Shown in pieces: positions 54,507 to 64,000 of a stretch of DNA of 64,000 nt. This stretch comes from Methanobacteriota archaeon (GTDB lineage Archaea; Thermoplasmatota; E2; DHVEG-1): positions 192,001 through 256,000 of the forward strand of contig CAVYNH010000006.1 of assembly GCA_963769885.1 (NCBI GenBank). Direction: 5' to 3'. The notes below the pieces were generated by a model. That model was not told the origin of the DNA, did not search any database, and saw only the letters and a program-made list of their open reading frames with translations. Position 1 is the first letter of the stretch. Every line of letters begins with the position of its first letter. A program made the translations under genes and the position numbers.

Positions 54507-55809
54507 TCTCCTCGCCTCTAGATCCCGTTGCTTTCTTATCGATGCAGATGCCGATACCAGGTGAAGCCACGAGTTCCCCTTTATCGATGAGCTGCTCTCC
54601 CCTCAGAAAGACGGCCTGGGGGAAGACCGCTGCCCAGCCGTCAAAGGCACTCCAGCCGCACCGCGAATGTAATCGCTCGGCTCTGATCTTTCTGATATCC
54701 TTGAGGTCGACCACGATGATGTCCGCATCCCGGCCGACCTTCAACCGCCCCTTCTGTAATCCTGCGAGGTCCGCAGGTTGTTCACAGAGCATCGACAAAA
54801 GGAGCCCGAGATTGAGCCGATGCTGGCTGACCAGGGCGAGAAGCAGCGGATACATGGTCTCGACTCCAGGCATGCCGGACGGCGCCGCCTCGAAGTCGGT
54901 GTCTTTCTCCTCAAGGGTATGCGGCGCATGGTCCGATTCGAAGACGTCGATGTGGCCTTGGGTGGTCGCATTCCAAAGAGCCTCCCGGTCTGGAGGCGTC
55001 CTCAACGGCGGGTTGACCTTATCCCACGTCGGATGCCTCCCATCGACCGAGGCGTCTACGAAAAGATGGTGGGGGGTGACACCGACGCTGACATAGGGGG
55101 GATGAGCGGAAACCGCTTCAAGACCTTTACGCGAGGAGACATGGCAGATGTGAATTGGAGTGCTAATCTCTGTGTCCAAGATATGGCTGATTGCTTTTTC
55201 TTCGCATTCGGAGGGTTGTCGTCGGTTATGGTCAGAGAGGTTCGTTTCGGGACCTTTATTTTTTTGGAGACAGTATTCGTCCTCTGCGTGGATCAGGGTC
55301 CGCGCGTGAGTTGGTTTTACAGCTTGGAGTGCGTCTGAGAGCCTTGTTTGTGGGAGTGCGCCAGCGTTGGTGCTGCTGCCGAGGAAGATCTTGAAGCCCG
55401 CGCATTCCCTGGCGAGGGCGGGGATTTGGGGGATGTTATCTGCGGTGATGGCGGCGTAGAGGCCGAAGTCGACGAGGCTGCGTGACTGTGCGAGGCGCCG
55501 TTTCTCCCGTAGGGCGGAAAGGGTCGAGGTGAAGGGGCGGGTGTTGGGCATGTCGAAGACGGTGGTGATGCCGCCGTATGCGGCCGCGGTCGACCCAGTT
55601 TGGAAGTCTTCTTTTTGTGGGAAGCCGGGGTCACGGAAGTGGACGTGGGTGTCGATGCCGCCGGGGAGAAGGAGGAGGGCACCGAAGTCGCGGTGGGTGT
55701 CGGCGGTGAGGGTTTTTTTCAGGGCGGCGATTTTTCCGTCGGTGATTCCGATAGTGATGGGTTCGAAGACGCTGTTGTGGAGGATGCGGCCTTCAATGCT
55801 GAGGTCCAT
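54499..55809 (-). CDS. pyrC: Dihydroorotase
   Basis: PGGIDTHVHFRDPG, DMPNT, KVNPPLR, SDHAPH. Confidence 0.88.
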   Translation of the reverse strand: MDLSIEGRILHNSVFEPITIGITDGKIAALKKTLTADTHRDFGALLLLPGGIDTHVHFRDPGFPQKEDFQTGSTAAAYGGITTVFDMPNTRPFTSTLSALREKRRLAQSRSLVDFGLYAAITADNIPQIPALARECAGFKIFLGSSTNAGALPQTRLSDALQAVKPTHARTLIHAEDEYCLQKNKGPETNLSDHNRRQPSECEEKAISHILDTEISTPIHICHVSSRKGLEAVSAHPPYVSVGVTPHHLFVDASVDGRHPTWDKVNPPLRTPPDREALWNATTQGHIDVFESDHAPHTLEEKDTDFEAAPSGMPGVETMYPLLLALVSQHRLNLGLLLSMLCEQPADLAGLQKGRLKVGRDADIIVVDLKDIRKIRAERLHSRCGWSAFDGWAAVFPQAVFLRGEQLIDKGELVASPGIGICIDKKATGSRGEENG

Positions 55810-56401
55810 TCAGATGCTTCTCCTGGATGGTCCCGTGGGGAGTCTGTTCGGTGAAGATCTGGCCGGTGAAGGTGTAAATCTTGGTCTGCGGCATGACCCA
55901 GGCGTCGGCGGTGAGGCCTGCCTTCATGCAGGCGTAGCCGAGGTAGGTTTCGATGTCCCAGTGTTCTTCGACGGGGACTTGGGGGAGGAGGAGTCCTTTG
56001 TAGAAGCCTTGTTCGATGATGAGGCCGTCGCGGCCGATGCGGATCTTGGCGGGAATCTCTGGGGGCGTGGAGGTCTTGAGCGGGCGGGGGTTGGAGAGGA
56101 TGGTGACCTCGACGATGATATGGTCGAGTTCGTTTGCGCGGAGCGGGGGGAAGCGGGGGTCATGGGTGACGGAGTGGGCTGCCTCTTCGAGGGCGTTTTT
56201 GAGTGTGAGGTCGGGGTAGGGGATGCCGATGCAGCCGCGGAGGTCGTGGGCGGGGTAGGTGTGGAGGGTGACGAAGACGCCGTGTTTTTCGTCGAAGTGC
56301 TTTCCGAGGGTGATGGTGGTCGGTGGGCGGTGTCCGACGGTGCTGGTGACGATCTGGCGGGCGTAGTGGACGGCGGTGGTTCCTTCAGCGTCGGTGAGCA
56401 T
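55793..56401 (-). CDS. AMMECR1-domain protein
   Basis: GVFVTL..LRGCIG..DPRF..GLLLPQV..CMKAGL. Confidence 0.92.
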   Translation of the reverse strand: MLTDAEGTTAVHYARQIVTSTVGHRPPTTITLGKHFDEKHGVFVTLHTYPAHDLRGCIGIPYPDLTLKNALEEAAHSVTHDPRFPPLRANELDHIIVEVTILSNPRPLKTSTPPEIPAKIRIGRDGLIIEQGFYKGLLLPQVPVEEHWDIETYLGYACMKAGLTADAWVMPQTKIYTFTGQIFTEQTPHGTIQEKHLNGPQH

Positions 56402-56472
56402 GGCGTGTGCTGTACGGTGAAGGGGAATAAAAAATGTTGGGTGAGGCGTGGTGTCCTCACCAGGGGGTAGGG

Positions 56473-59400
56473 TTATTGTACCCGTGCCATCAGGATGTTG
56501 AAGGTCAGCTGGGGGACGTCGGCCTTGACGTCGAGGTGGAGGGCGGTGGCGTTGCGGTAGGTGATATTCTCGTTGCCCTCGCGGAGGGTTGAGATCGCGG
56601 TGACATTGTAGGCGCCGGGGGCGAGCTCGATGTGGTAGATGCCGGTGGCGTTGGCGGTGGCGACTGCGCGGATGGCGGTGTTGTTGACGGACCCGTCTGG
56701 CTGGAAGGTGATGGTGGTGTTCTTGATGTTGTGGGTGGAGTCCGCGGTGGTGCCGGTGACGGTGATGGAGACCTTCGTGAGGGCGATGTTGTAGGTGACG
56801 GGTGCCTGGCCGGGTGCGATGGCGAGCTTGCTGGTGTAGGTGTAGACGAGCGTGCTGCCCTGTTGGTTCCTGACGGTGACGTTGTAGGCGCCGGGCTGGA
56901 GCTGGGTGGTGTAGCTGCCGTTCTGATCCGAGGTCGTGGTCTTTTGGACGGCGGTGTTGTTTTCCACGTTGGCGGTGGGGGTGAAGCTGATGCTGATGCT
57001 GCCGACGCCGGTGCCGTTGTGTGTGGCTTTGCCTTTGATAGTGATGGGGGCGTACTCCAGGGAGATGTTCATCTTGAGGGTGACGTTCTCTTTGAGGGTC
57101 ACGGGTTCTTCGCTGACGTATTGCAGGGCGCCGGTGGTGGTGTTGCGGAGGGATGCGTTGATGGTGTATTTGCCGGGGACGAGTACGGTGAAGCTGTACT
57201 GGCCGGTGGCGTCGGTGGTGAGGTGGCGTGAGGGGACCTGGGCGCCGCTGAGGGTGGTGTAGTAGAGGGTGACGTTGACGTTGGGGGTTGCTTCTCCGAG
57301 GTCGACTTGGCTGTTGTCGTTCTTGTCGGTGTAGATGATGCCGTTGATGCCTGCGGGTTTGGGTTTGGAGACGTTATGCCAGAAGGCCGGGCTTTGGCGG
57401 GTGGCGGGTTCGACGTTGACGGCGCTGGTGTTGAGGGTGTAGCCGTCTTGGATGGCGGAGATGTTGTACTTGCTGGGCGGCAGGCTGGGGAAGTGGTATC
57501 GGCCGTTGGCGTCGGTGCTGGCGTCGTTGGTTCTGCCGAAGAACAAGTCGTCGAGGTGGACGGTGATGTTGGCGAGGGGGGTGTCGACGCCGGGGTCGTA
57601 GCTGCCGTTGTTGTTGGTGTCGGTGTAGACGTAGCCGGTGAGGTTGGAGTTGTTGATGTTGATGGTGTAGTTGCGGTGGTAGTTGGTGCCGGGGGTGCGC
57701 ATGCCTTCGGCGTCGGTGATGGGGCTGTAGAGGCTGTTGTTGGTGTCGTTGAGTCGGAAGCGGTTGAGGAGGAGTTCGTCGCCGGGGTAGGTCATGATGA
57801 CGGCGACGTTGCCGCCGGGGGCGAGGGTGCTGAAGGTGCCGTTCTGGTCGGTGTAGACGTTGTCGTGGGGGAAGCCGTAGTTGTCGAGGATGATGACGTG
57901 GACGTAGGGCATGGGGGCGCCGGTGGCGTCGCGGACAGTGCCGTTGAGGAAGGCGCCTTCGTAGTACTTGGCGATGACGACGGCGCTTTTCCCGCCGCCG
58001 TAGTAGGGGTAGGGGGAGACGTACTCGGTGGAGAAGTGGAGCATGGCGTAGGTGGGGAGCTGCTGGTTGGGGGTCTGGAGGTTGCCTTGGGCGTCCTGGG
58101 TGGCCGGCATGCCGATGTAGGTCTTGTAGAACATGGTGTTGAAGTAGTCTTGTTTGTAGACGGTGGTGGTGCCGGTGATCTGGATGCGGTTGCGGACCTG
58201 GGAGGTCATGTTGTTGATCTCTTGGGCGCTCCAGGTCTGTTCTTGGCCGGGGGTGTTGTCGGCGTTGAGCTGGTAGCCGGTGTATTTGACCTGTATGAAG
58301 GCGTCTTCGGGGTCGGCGAGCTGGTGTCCGGTGCTGCGGAGGGCGTAGAGGGTGTTGCTTTTGTCGGCGAGGAAGGCGAAGATGTTGAAGATCTGTTCGT
58401 CGTAGCCTTCAACGCCGTAGTAGCGGATGCTTTTGCCGGTGCTGTTCTGGATGTCGTGGTAGAACCAGGTGATCTGGTCGTCGGTGAGGCTGTCGTTGAG
58501 CATCTGGGCGGCGTCGAGGTAGACGGCGTTCTCGGGCCATTGGCTGCCGACGCGGACGTGTTGACTGAGGTTTTTGTCGTATTGGGCACCGATGGGGGCG
58601 TTGTAGGAGGGGGAGGACTTGGGGTCCTGGACCCATTGGATGAGTTTGCTGGCGTTGGTTGTGGTGGTGCCGTTGGCGGTCGTGTTGAGGTATTTGTTGA
58701 GGGTGTTGACGACGGGCTGCGTGAGGTGTCCGCCGTGCGTCTGGCTGTTGGCGAGCAGGAGGCGGGTGATCCAGACGGCGACGCCTTCTTTTTCGCTGAG
58801 GGCGGTATGGAAGTTGGCCGCGGCGGGGATGCCGTCCTGGAAGTTGTCGGCGACCGTGGGGTGTCCGCCGACCGCGACTTCATAGAACCCGTAGTCCCAC
58901 CAGGAGATGTACGCGGGCCTGTCGGCGGGGGAGAGGTTCGTGTCTTGTTGGCGGAGCCAGTCGTAGGCGCCGACCCAGTATTGTTCCTTGTAGGAGCTGG
59001 AGCCGAAGGCGCCGGTGAAGTTCTGGCCGAAGACGTCGGTTTTAAGGTTGCTGGTGCCGTTCTTGGTGATGGCTGAGGGGACGGCCGCGTCGAGGGCGAG
59101 GAAGGCGTTGGGGACGAGGATGACGAAGACGATGAAGAAGGCCCCGATGATGTGGGTGATCTTGACGCCACGGCGTAGCCCGCGGAAACCACCGCCGGCG
59201 TTCTGGATGTTCTTGATCATCTTTTTGTAGTCGAACTTGTCGATGATGAACCAGATAATCATGCCGGCGAGGAGGGCGATGACGGGGACCATGTCGTTGA
59301 GGAACCGGCCGGCGGTGGAGGTGAGCCAGAGCTGGACGACGAAGAGGGTAAGGATAAACATGTAGTCACGGCGGTCCCGGTGCTGGATGAACTTCCAGAT

Positions 59401-60687
59401 GAGGAGGATGAAGCCGAACCAGGCGAGCCAGTAGACCGCGGGACCGTACGACATGACGGTCCTGCTGATGTTATAGGTGCCTGCCTCGGCGATGGTCAGG
59501 GAGACTTTGTTGCCGTAGATTCCGGTGCCGTACAGGATGTTGGAGATCCGGCCCAGGGGGGCGAGGAAGTTGGGGATCTGTGAGGGGAATGCCCGAACGA
59601 CGTAGAGGAGTCCTGCCGTGAGTCCGCCGAAGATGGCGATGAGTGGGATGGTGATGATCCAGGGGATGTTCTTCCATTTGAAGGCGAGGCAGGCGAGGCC
59701 GAAGATGGTGACGCCGGCGGCGAGGAAGAACGGGAGGGTGAACAGGCCGAGGGGCGTGGTACTGCTGAGCCGGACGACGGGGTAGGAGACGAGGACAGCG
59801 GTGAACATCATCAATGCAGAGCTTTGGACGAACTGGACGCTGGTTTTCTTCAGGACGAGGTCGATGATGAGCTGGACGACGATGTAGACGGCGAGGACCG
59901 CGTAGAGGAACTCGGCCTCGGTCCAGACCATGGAGAGGGCGGCGAGCGGGACGCCTGCGAGGACGCCGTAGAGGATGGAGCGGATGCGGTCGGTCTCTTT
60001 GATGCTTTTGATGAAGAAGGCGAAGGTGAGGACGTACAGCAGGAGGTTCAGGGAGTCGTGGTCGAAGAGGGCGAAGGCGGAGCCGTGGCCGGAGCTGATC
60101 TCGATGGGGATGATGGCGATGAGCAGGGCGGCGATGATGCCTTCTTTGCGTCCGAAGAGCATCTTCCCTATATAGTACACCGGGAAGACGAGGAGGGCGC
60201 CGAAGAGGGCGGGGACGAACTGCATGGCGAAGCCTAATGCGTCAGTGGGGCTCATGAAGGGGAGGAGGAGTTTGCTGAAGCTGATGGCGGACATGACCAG
60301 GAGTGGGGCACGACCGCCGGTGACGCCGAGCGGGTAGTTCAGCAGCGGGTCATTGGTGTAGTAGTAGGGGAATTTGCCGGTTGCTGATGTCTGTTGTACT
60401 AGTCTCATGTTGTAGTACGGGTCGGGGCCGGAGAGGTAGTATTTGGTGGTGAGGTCGGTCCCCTGGGGGTTGATGTTGGCGTTGGAGACGATGTTGAAGT
60501 AGCTGTTGAAGAAGAGGACGAGGAAGAAGGTGGCGATGAGGGTCACGCTAATCCAGAGGTTCTTGCGGGCTTTGATGCTGGCGAAGGAGAACCGGCGTCT
60601 CTCTGGTGCCGTTTCCTGGTGCGCTGGCTGGCTGACGGTGGTTTGCGTGGACGTGGTTTGCGTGGTTTGCTGTGCGCGCTTCCGCAT
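56473..60687 (-). CDS. aglB: Oligosaccharyltransferase AglB (STT3) with long C-terminal Ig/carboxypeptidase-regulatory-like repeats
   Basis: DPYY, FDHD, TIAE, SWWDYG, many TMs; repeats G.VYTD.NNNG.YD.G..TDANGRY.F. Confidence 0.9.
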   Translation of the reverse strand: MRKRAQQTTQTTSTQTTVSQPAHQETAPERRRFSFASIKARKNLWISVTLIATFFLVLFFNSYFNIVSNANINPQGTDLTTKYYLSGPDPYYNMRLVQQTSATGKFPYYYTNDPLLNYPLGVTGGRAPLLVMSAISFSKLLLPFMSPTDALGFAMQFVPALFGALLVFPVYYIGKMLFGRKEGIIAALLIAIIPIEISSGHGSAFALFDHDSLNLLLYVLTFAFFIKSIKETDRIRSILYGVLAGVPLAALSMVWTEAEFLYAVLAVYIVVQLIIDLVLKKTSVQFVQSSALMMFTAVLVSYPVVRLSSTTPLGLFTLPFFLAAGVTIFGLACLAFKWKNIPWIITIPLIAIFGGLTAGLLYVVRAFPSQIPNFLAPLGRISNILYGTGIYGNKVSLTIAEAGTYNISRTVMSYGPAVYWLAWFGFILLIWKFIQHRDRRDYMFILTLFVVQLWLTSTAGRFLNDMVPVIALLAGMIIWFIIDKFDYKKMIKNIQNAGGGFRGLRRGVKITHIIGAFFIVFVILVPNAFLALDAAVPSAITKNGTSNLKTDVFGQNFTGAFGSSSYKEQYWVGAYDWLRQQDTNLSPADRPAYISWWDYGFYEVAVGGHPTVADNFQDGIPAAANFHTALSEKEGVAVWITRLLLANSQTHGGHLTQPVVNTLNKYLNTTANGTTTTNASKLIQWVQDPKSSPSYNAPIGAQYDKNLSQHVRVGSQWPENAVYLDAAQMLNDSLTDDQITWFYHDIQNSTGKSIRYYGVEGYDEQIFNIFAFLADKSNTLYALRSTGHQLADPEDAFIQVKYTGYQLNADNTPGQEQTWSAQEINNMTSQVRNRIQITGTTTVYKQDYFNTMFYKTYIGMPATQDAQGNLQTPNQQLPTYAMLHFSTEYVSPYPYYGGGKSAVVIAKYYEGAFLNGTVRDATGAPMPYVHVIILDNYGFPHDNVYTDQNGTFSTLAPGGNVAVIMTYPGDELLLNRFRLNDTNNSLYSPITDAEGMRTPGTNYHRNYTININNSNLTGYVYTDTNNNGSYDPGVDTPLANITVHLDDLFFGRTNDASTDANGRYHFPSLPPSKYNISAIQDGYTLNTSAVNVEPATRQSPAFWHNVSKPKPAGINGIIYTDKNDNSQVDLGEATPNVNVTLYYTTLSGAQVPSRHLTTDATGQYSFTVLVPGKYTINASLRNTTTGALQYVSEEPVTLKENVTLKMNISLEYAPITIKGKATHNGTGVGSISISFTPTANVENNTAVQKTTTSDQNGSYTTQLQPGAYNVTVRNQQGSTLVYTYTSKLAIAPGQAPVTYNIALTKVSITVTGTTADSTHNIKNTTITFQPDGSVNNTAIRAVATANATGIYHIELAPGAYNVTAISTLREGNENITYRNATALHLDVKADVPQLTFNILMARVQ

Positions 60688-60771
60688 GGAGTCTCACCTT
60701 GAATTGGATACACCGTAAAACCATGGCCTTATAAATACCTTATCTCTGGTCTATCTGGAGAAGAGCGTGGT

Positions 60772-61632
60772 TTAGGCGAGGTGGACGTGCAGTGCGGCGA
60801 TGCTGGGGGCGACGCTGACCTTGCTAAACTCGCTTTCTATCGTGTTGGTGGCGATGATTTCGTTGACGCCCGCGGCCGTGAGCTTCTCCTTGGCTTGTCC
60901 GGCGAAGAGGCCGTGGGTGCAGGCGACGTAGACGTGCTTGGCGCCCTGGTGTTTGAGTTCTTTGATGGAGGTGGCCATGGTGCCGCCGGTGGAGATGATG
61001 TCGTCGAGGATCGCGACGGTCTTGCCCTGGACGTCCAGACTCTTGGGATGTATCTTCACCGTGTTGCCGTCGATGCGGGTCTTTTCGAGGTAGTCGCTGG
61101 GGATGCCCATGAGGCGGGCGGCTTCTTCTGCGCGGTCTTTTGCGCCCATGTCCGGGGCGAGGACGAGGTCGATGTCTTTCCCTTTGAGGTATTCCGCGAT
61201 TTGGGGGACGGCGCTGCAGCTGCGGGCCGGGGTCGTGAAGAAGTCCAGGAGTTGTTCCTTGTGGGGGTCGACGGTGATGACGTCGTCGGCGTGGACGCTG
61301 ATGTGCTCGGCCATGGCGCGGGCGCTGATGGCCTCGCCGTCCTCGAATTTCTTGTCTTGGCGGCTGTAGCCGAAGTAGGGGAGGATGACGCTGATTTTCT
61401 TGGCGCCGGCCTCGCAGACGGCGTCCTGCATGATGAGCAGCTCGATGATCTTGGAGTCGGGGTACGCGGTCTGGACGATGAGGACGTCCTGGCCTTCGAT
61501 GGGTTCTTCGATGCGGACGTAGAACTCGTCGTCCGGGAAGCGCTTGAAGGTGGTTTTCAACAACGGTTGGTTTAAAAGTTCGGATAACTCGGCGGCGATG
61601 GACGTCGCGGATGTGCCCCCAAGGATGAACAT
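60772..61632 (-). CDS. prs: Ribose-phosphate pyrophosphokinase
   Basis: FPDDEFYVR, YSRQDK, APDMGA, DDIISTGGT, ACTHG. Confidence 0.95.
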   Translation of the reverse strand: MFILGGTSATSIAAELSELLNQPLLKTTFKRFPDDEFYVRIEEPIEGQDVLIVQTAYPDSKIIELLIMQDAVCEAGAKKISVILPYFGYSRQDKKFEDGEAISARAMAEHISVHADDVITVDPHKEQLLDFFTTPARSCSAVPQIAEYLKGKDIDLVLAPDMGAKDRAEEAARLMGIPSDYLEKTRIDGNTVKIHPKSLDVQGKTVAILDDIISTGGTMATSIKELKHQGAKHVYVACTHGLFAGQAKEKLTAAGVNEIIATNTIESEFSKVSVAPSIAALHVHLA

Positions 61633-61764
61633 AACTCCGGCCCTGGGGAGTCGTAAACATTCGCGTCCTTTTCAGGGTTTCGTTATGAGAAAGAAGGAGG
61701 AACTTGGGGTTTTCGTCCTTAGTATTAAATAGGGAGTCGTGCAATAGGTCTACGGGGCTCTGGC

Positions 61765-63357
61765 ATGGGTAGTTTCAAGGAATTGCGGATTCATCTGTGG
61801 AGGATCGTCGCCCTTTGCATCATCATGATTGTTTTGGATCCGATTACGTTCTCTGGTTTGGCTGAGCCAAAGGTATTAAAAAATGAAAGTGGTGGCCTCT
61901 TGGATTCTGCGTGGCCTATGTACTGCCACGATGTCAAGCATACAGGGAGAAGCCCGTATGCCCCCGCTGGTAATTGGCGTGTTGAAAAATGGCATTTTCA
62001 ATTGAATTGGGGCATTACAAGATGCTCTCCAGCTCTTGATAAAAATGGCACTCTTTATGTTGGATCAACGAATGAAGATTATTTCTATGCGCTATATTCG
62101 AATGGGACAGAAAAATGGAGATTGCCTATAGGCAGTGTTCAATCCTCACCGGCAATCGGTGAAAATGGCATTATATATGTTGGTTCTGATTCCGGTCGAC
62201 TTTATGCGATCTTCCCTAATGGTACAATCAAGTGGTGGGTTTCAGTTGGACAAGGATGGGCGTGTTCATCCCCTGTCATTGATACCAATGGAATCATTTA
62301 TTGTGCCTCAGTCATAGGCAGCAGACTGGTCGCATTCTATCCAAACGGGACCATCAAATGGTCCTTCTCTGCTCAATCCTACATCTACAATGATCCAGCG
62401 ATTGGCGATGACGGAACCATCTACATTGGCTCCAATGATGGGTATCTCTACGCCCTCTACTCGAATGGTACTTTGCGATGGAAGTTCTATGGTGGCGGGC
62501 AATTGGGCGTCGCCTCTGCCTCCATCGCCGATGACGGAACAATTTACGTTGGAAGCACCGGAGGCTATCTACATGCCCTTGCTCCAAATGGGACTCTCAA
62601 ATGGAAGGTATACACCGGCTGGATTGGTGGCTCGACCCCGGCAATCGCAGAAGATGGCACCATCTACGTTGGCGACCAAGACAATCATCTACTTTATAGC
62701 ATCGCTCCGAATGGAACCATCAACTGGTCATTTAAAACCAGAGGAGACATCATGTCCTCATCGGCCATTGACTCCCACGGGAACATCTACTGCTCCTCAG
62801 GTGATGGTAACCTCTATGCCTTCAATAAAAATGGTAGCCTCCGTTGGACGTTTCCTGTCGCTAATCTAGGAATCGAATCCTCACCAGTTATCGCTGCTGA
62901 TGGTACTATTTATATTTCTGGTCGTTTCGAACCCTCAGGTTCCAATCCAAGCCACTCGCTACTATATGCACTCGGATCAATTAACGACACCCAACCAACC
63001 GTCCCGACCATCACCGGCACCGAGAACGGCCACGTTCGCCGGACCTACGAATACACTATCACCGCCACCGACCTGGACAACGACACCCTCAGCTACTACG
63101 TGGACTGGGGCGACGGTACCACCACCAACTGGACCGGCCCCACACCCTCCGGTCAGAGCATCATCCAATCCCACACCTGGCACAAGCGCGGCACCTACAC
63201 CGTCAAAGCCAAGGCACGGGACCAATACCTCTGGGAGACCGACTGGGCCACCCTCACCATCAAAATGCCCTATGAACCACCACGCTTCCCAATCCTCCAC
63301 TGGCTCCTCAACCGTTTCCCCGACGCTTTCCCCCTGCTCCACAAACTCCTCGGGTAA
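61765..63357 (+). CDS. Secreted PQQ-like beta-propeller plus PKD protein (paralog of 13201..14802)
   Basis: GGLLDSAWPM..HD.KHTGRSPYAP, propeller repeats, PKD, tail PRFPILHWLLNRFPDAFPLLHKLLG. Confidence 0.85.
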   Translation: MGSFKELRIHLWRIVALCIIMIVLDPITFSGLAEPKVLKNESGGLLDSAWPMYCHDVKHTGRSPYAPAGNWRVEKWHFQLNWGITRCSPALDKNGTLYVGSTNEDYFYALYSNGTEKWRLPIGSVQSSPAIGENGIIYVGSDSGRLYAIFPNGTIKWWVSVGQGWACSSPVIDTNGIIYCASVIGSRLVAFYPNGTIKWSFSAQSYIYNDPAIGDDGTIYIGSNDGYLYALYSNGTLRWKFYGGGQLGVASASIADDGTIYVGSTGGYLHALAPNGTLKWKVYTGWIGGSTPAIAEDGTIYVGDQDNHLLYSIAPNGTINWSFKTRGDIMSSSAIDSHGNIYCSSGDGNLYAFNKNGSLRWTFPVANLGIESSPVIAADGTIYISGRFEPSGSNPSHSLLYALGSINDTQPTVPTITGTENGHVRRTYEYTITATDLDNDTLSYYVDWGDGTTTNWTGPTPSGQSIIQSHTWHKRGTYTVKAKARDQYLWETDWATLTIKMPYEPPRFPILHWLLNRFPDAFPLLHKLLG

Positions 63358-63405
63358 GCAAAGTTTTTAAAAGGGAGACCGGTTAATTTGCCCTGAGTGG
63401 ATGCG

Positions 63406-64000
63406 ATGCGAAAGTACACCCTATCGGTTATCGTCCTAAGCCTCACCCTCCTTCTCCTCCTCCCTAATCCAATCACCACCGCCGACACCCCCACTAGCCT
63501 CGTCGACGCCACCATCACCGCCGCGTACCAAAACGCCACGAGCCTCCACGTCACCGCCGCTATGCTCGTCCATCGCATCGACAACATCTTCGGCACCACC
63601 TACACCCAAACCGACATCGACCACCTCACCAACCCCGACGACCTCGGCGCCATCAAACTCAGACTCCACGACAGCCTCACCACCCAACTCCAACACACCT
63701 TCCCCAACGCCTTGATCACCCCCGAAGGCCGCCCCGTCTACGCCACCCCCTACTTCACCGACGACCTCACCATCACCCTCACCACCCAATACTTCGACAC
63801 CACCATCACCAACATCACCACCCTGATCACAGGCCTCCTCGACAGCGGCACCGACATCACATACCACTACACCCTCACCAGCACCCCAGGCTGGAACAGC
63901 ACCTACCTCTTCACCATCCCCCCAGCCCTCACCCTCACCACCGCCACCACCACCCGTCTCTCCCCGGATAACCGCCAAGTCACCTGGATCGCCAACAACA
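63406..64000 (+). CDS. Secreted hypothetical protein (runs off window edge)
   Basis: Manual translation MRKYTLSVIVLSLTLLLLLPNPITTADTPTSLVDATIT.., Thr-rich, no stop noticed before the window end. Confidence 0.7.
   Translation, partial: MRKYTLSVIVLSLTLLLLLPNPITTADTPTSLVDATITAAYQNATSLHVTAAMLVHRIDNIFGTTYTQTDIDHLTNPDDLGAIKLRLHDSLTTQLQHTFPNALITPEGRPVYATPYFTDDLTITLTTQYFDTTITNITTLITGLLDSGTDITYHYTLTSTPGWNSTYLFTIPPALTLTTATTTRLSPDNRQVTWIANN

Overview
Archaeal chromosomal window. EF-1alpha/S10/tRNA-Ser, prefoldin beta, split GMP synthase, GGGP synthase and AglB, together with bacterial-type gyrase, NrdR and many secreted PKD-containing proteins and clan CD peptidases, suggest a Thermoplasmatota lineage such as MBG-D/DHVEG-1 (inference). 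About 50 CDS and 3 tRNAs (Arg-UCU, Ser-UGA, Val-GAC) are supported. Most are housekeeping: purB, tyrS, uppS, tuf, rpsJ, glmM, gyrB (with an HNH intein), gyrA, topA, purE, guaA subunits, ubiX, GGGPS, IMPase, pyrC, aglB, prs. An accessory stretch follows tRNA-Val. Six genes each carry one apparent +1 insertion, most likely consensus errors. The most notable signals are: (1) alternating kb-scale G/T versus C/A strand-skew domains that ignore gene orientation; (2) three classes of C-terminal modules on secreted proteins, a candidate archaeal sorting system; (3) a Lys-rich histone H1-like tail on GyrA, plus an AT-rich patch at its known intein site; (4) a one-gene islet bounded by a tRNA-Val 3' duplication; (5) an NrdR box in the nrdR leader; (6) an apparent ATA start for uppS. 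All family assignments come from motif recognition by eye; no searches were run.
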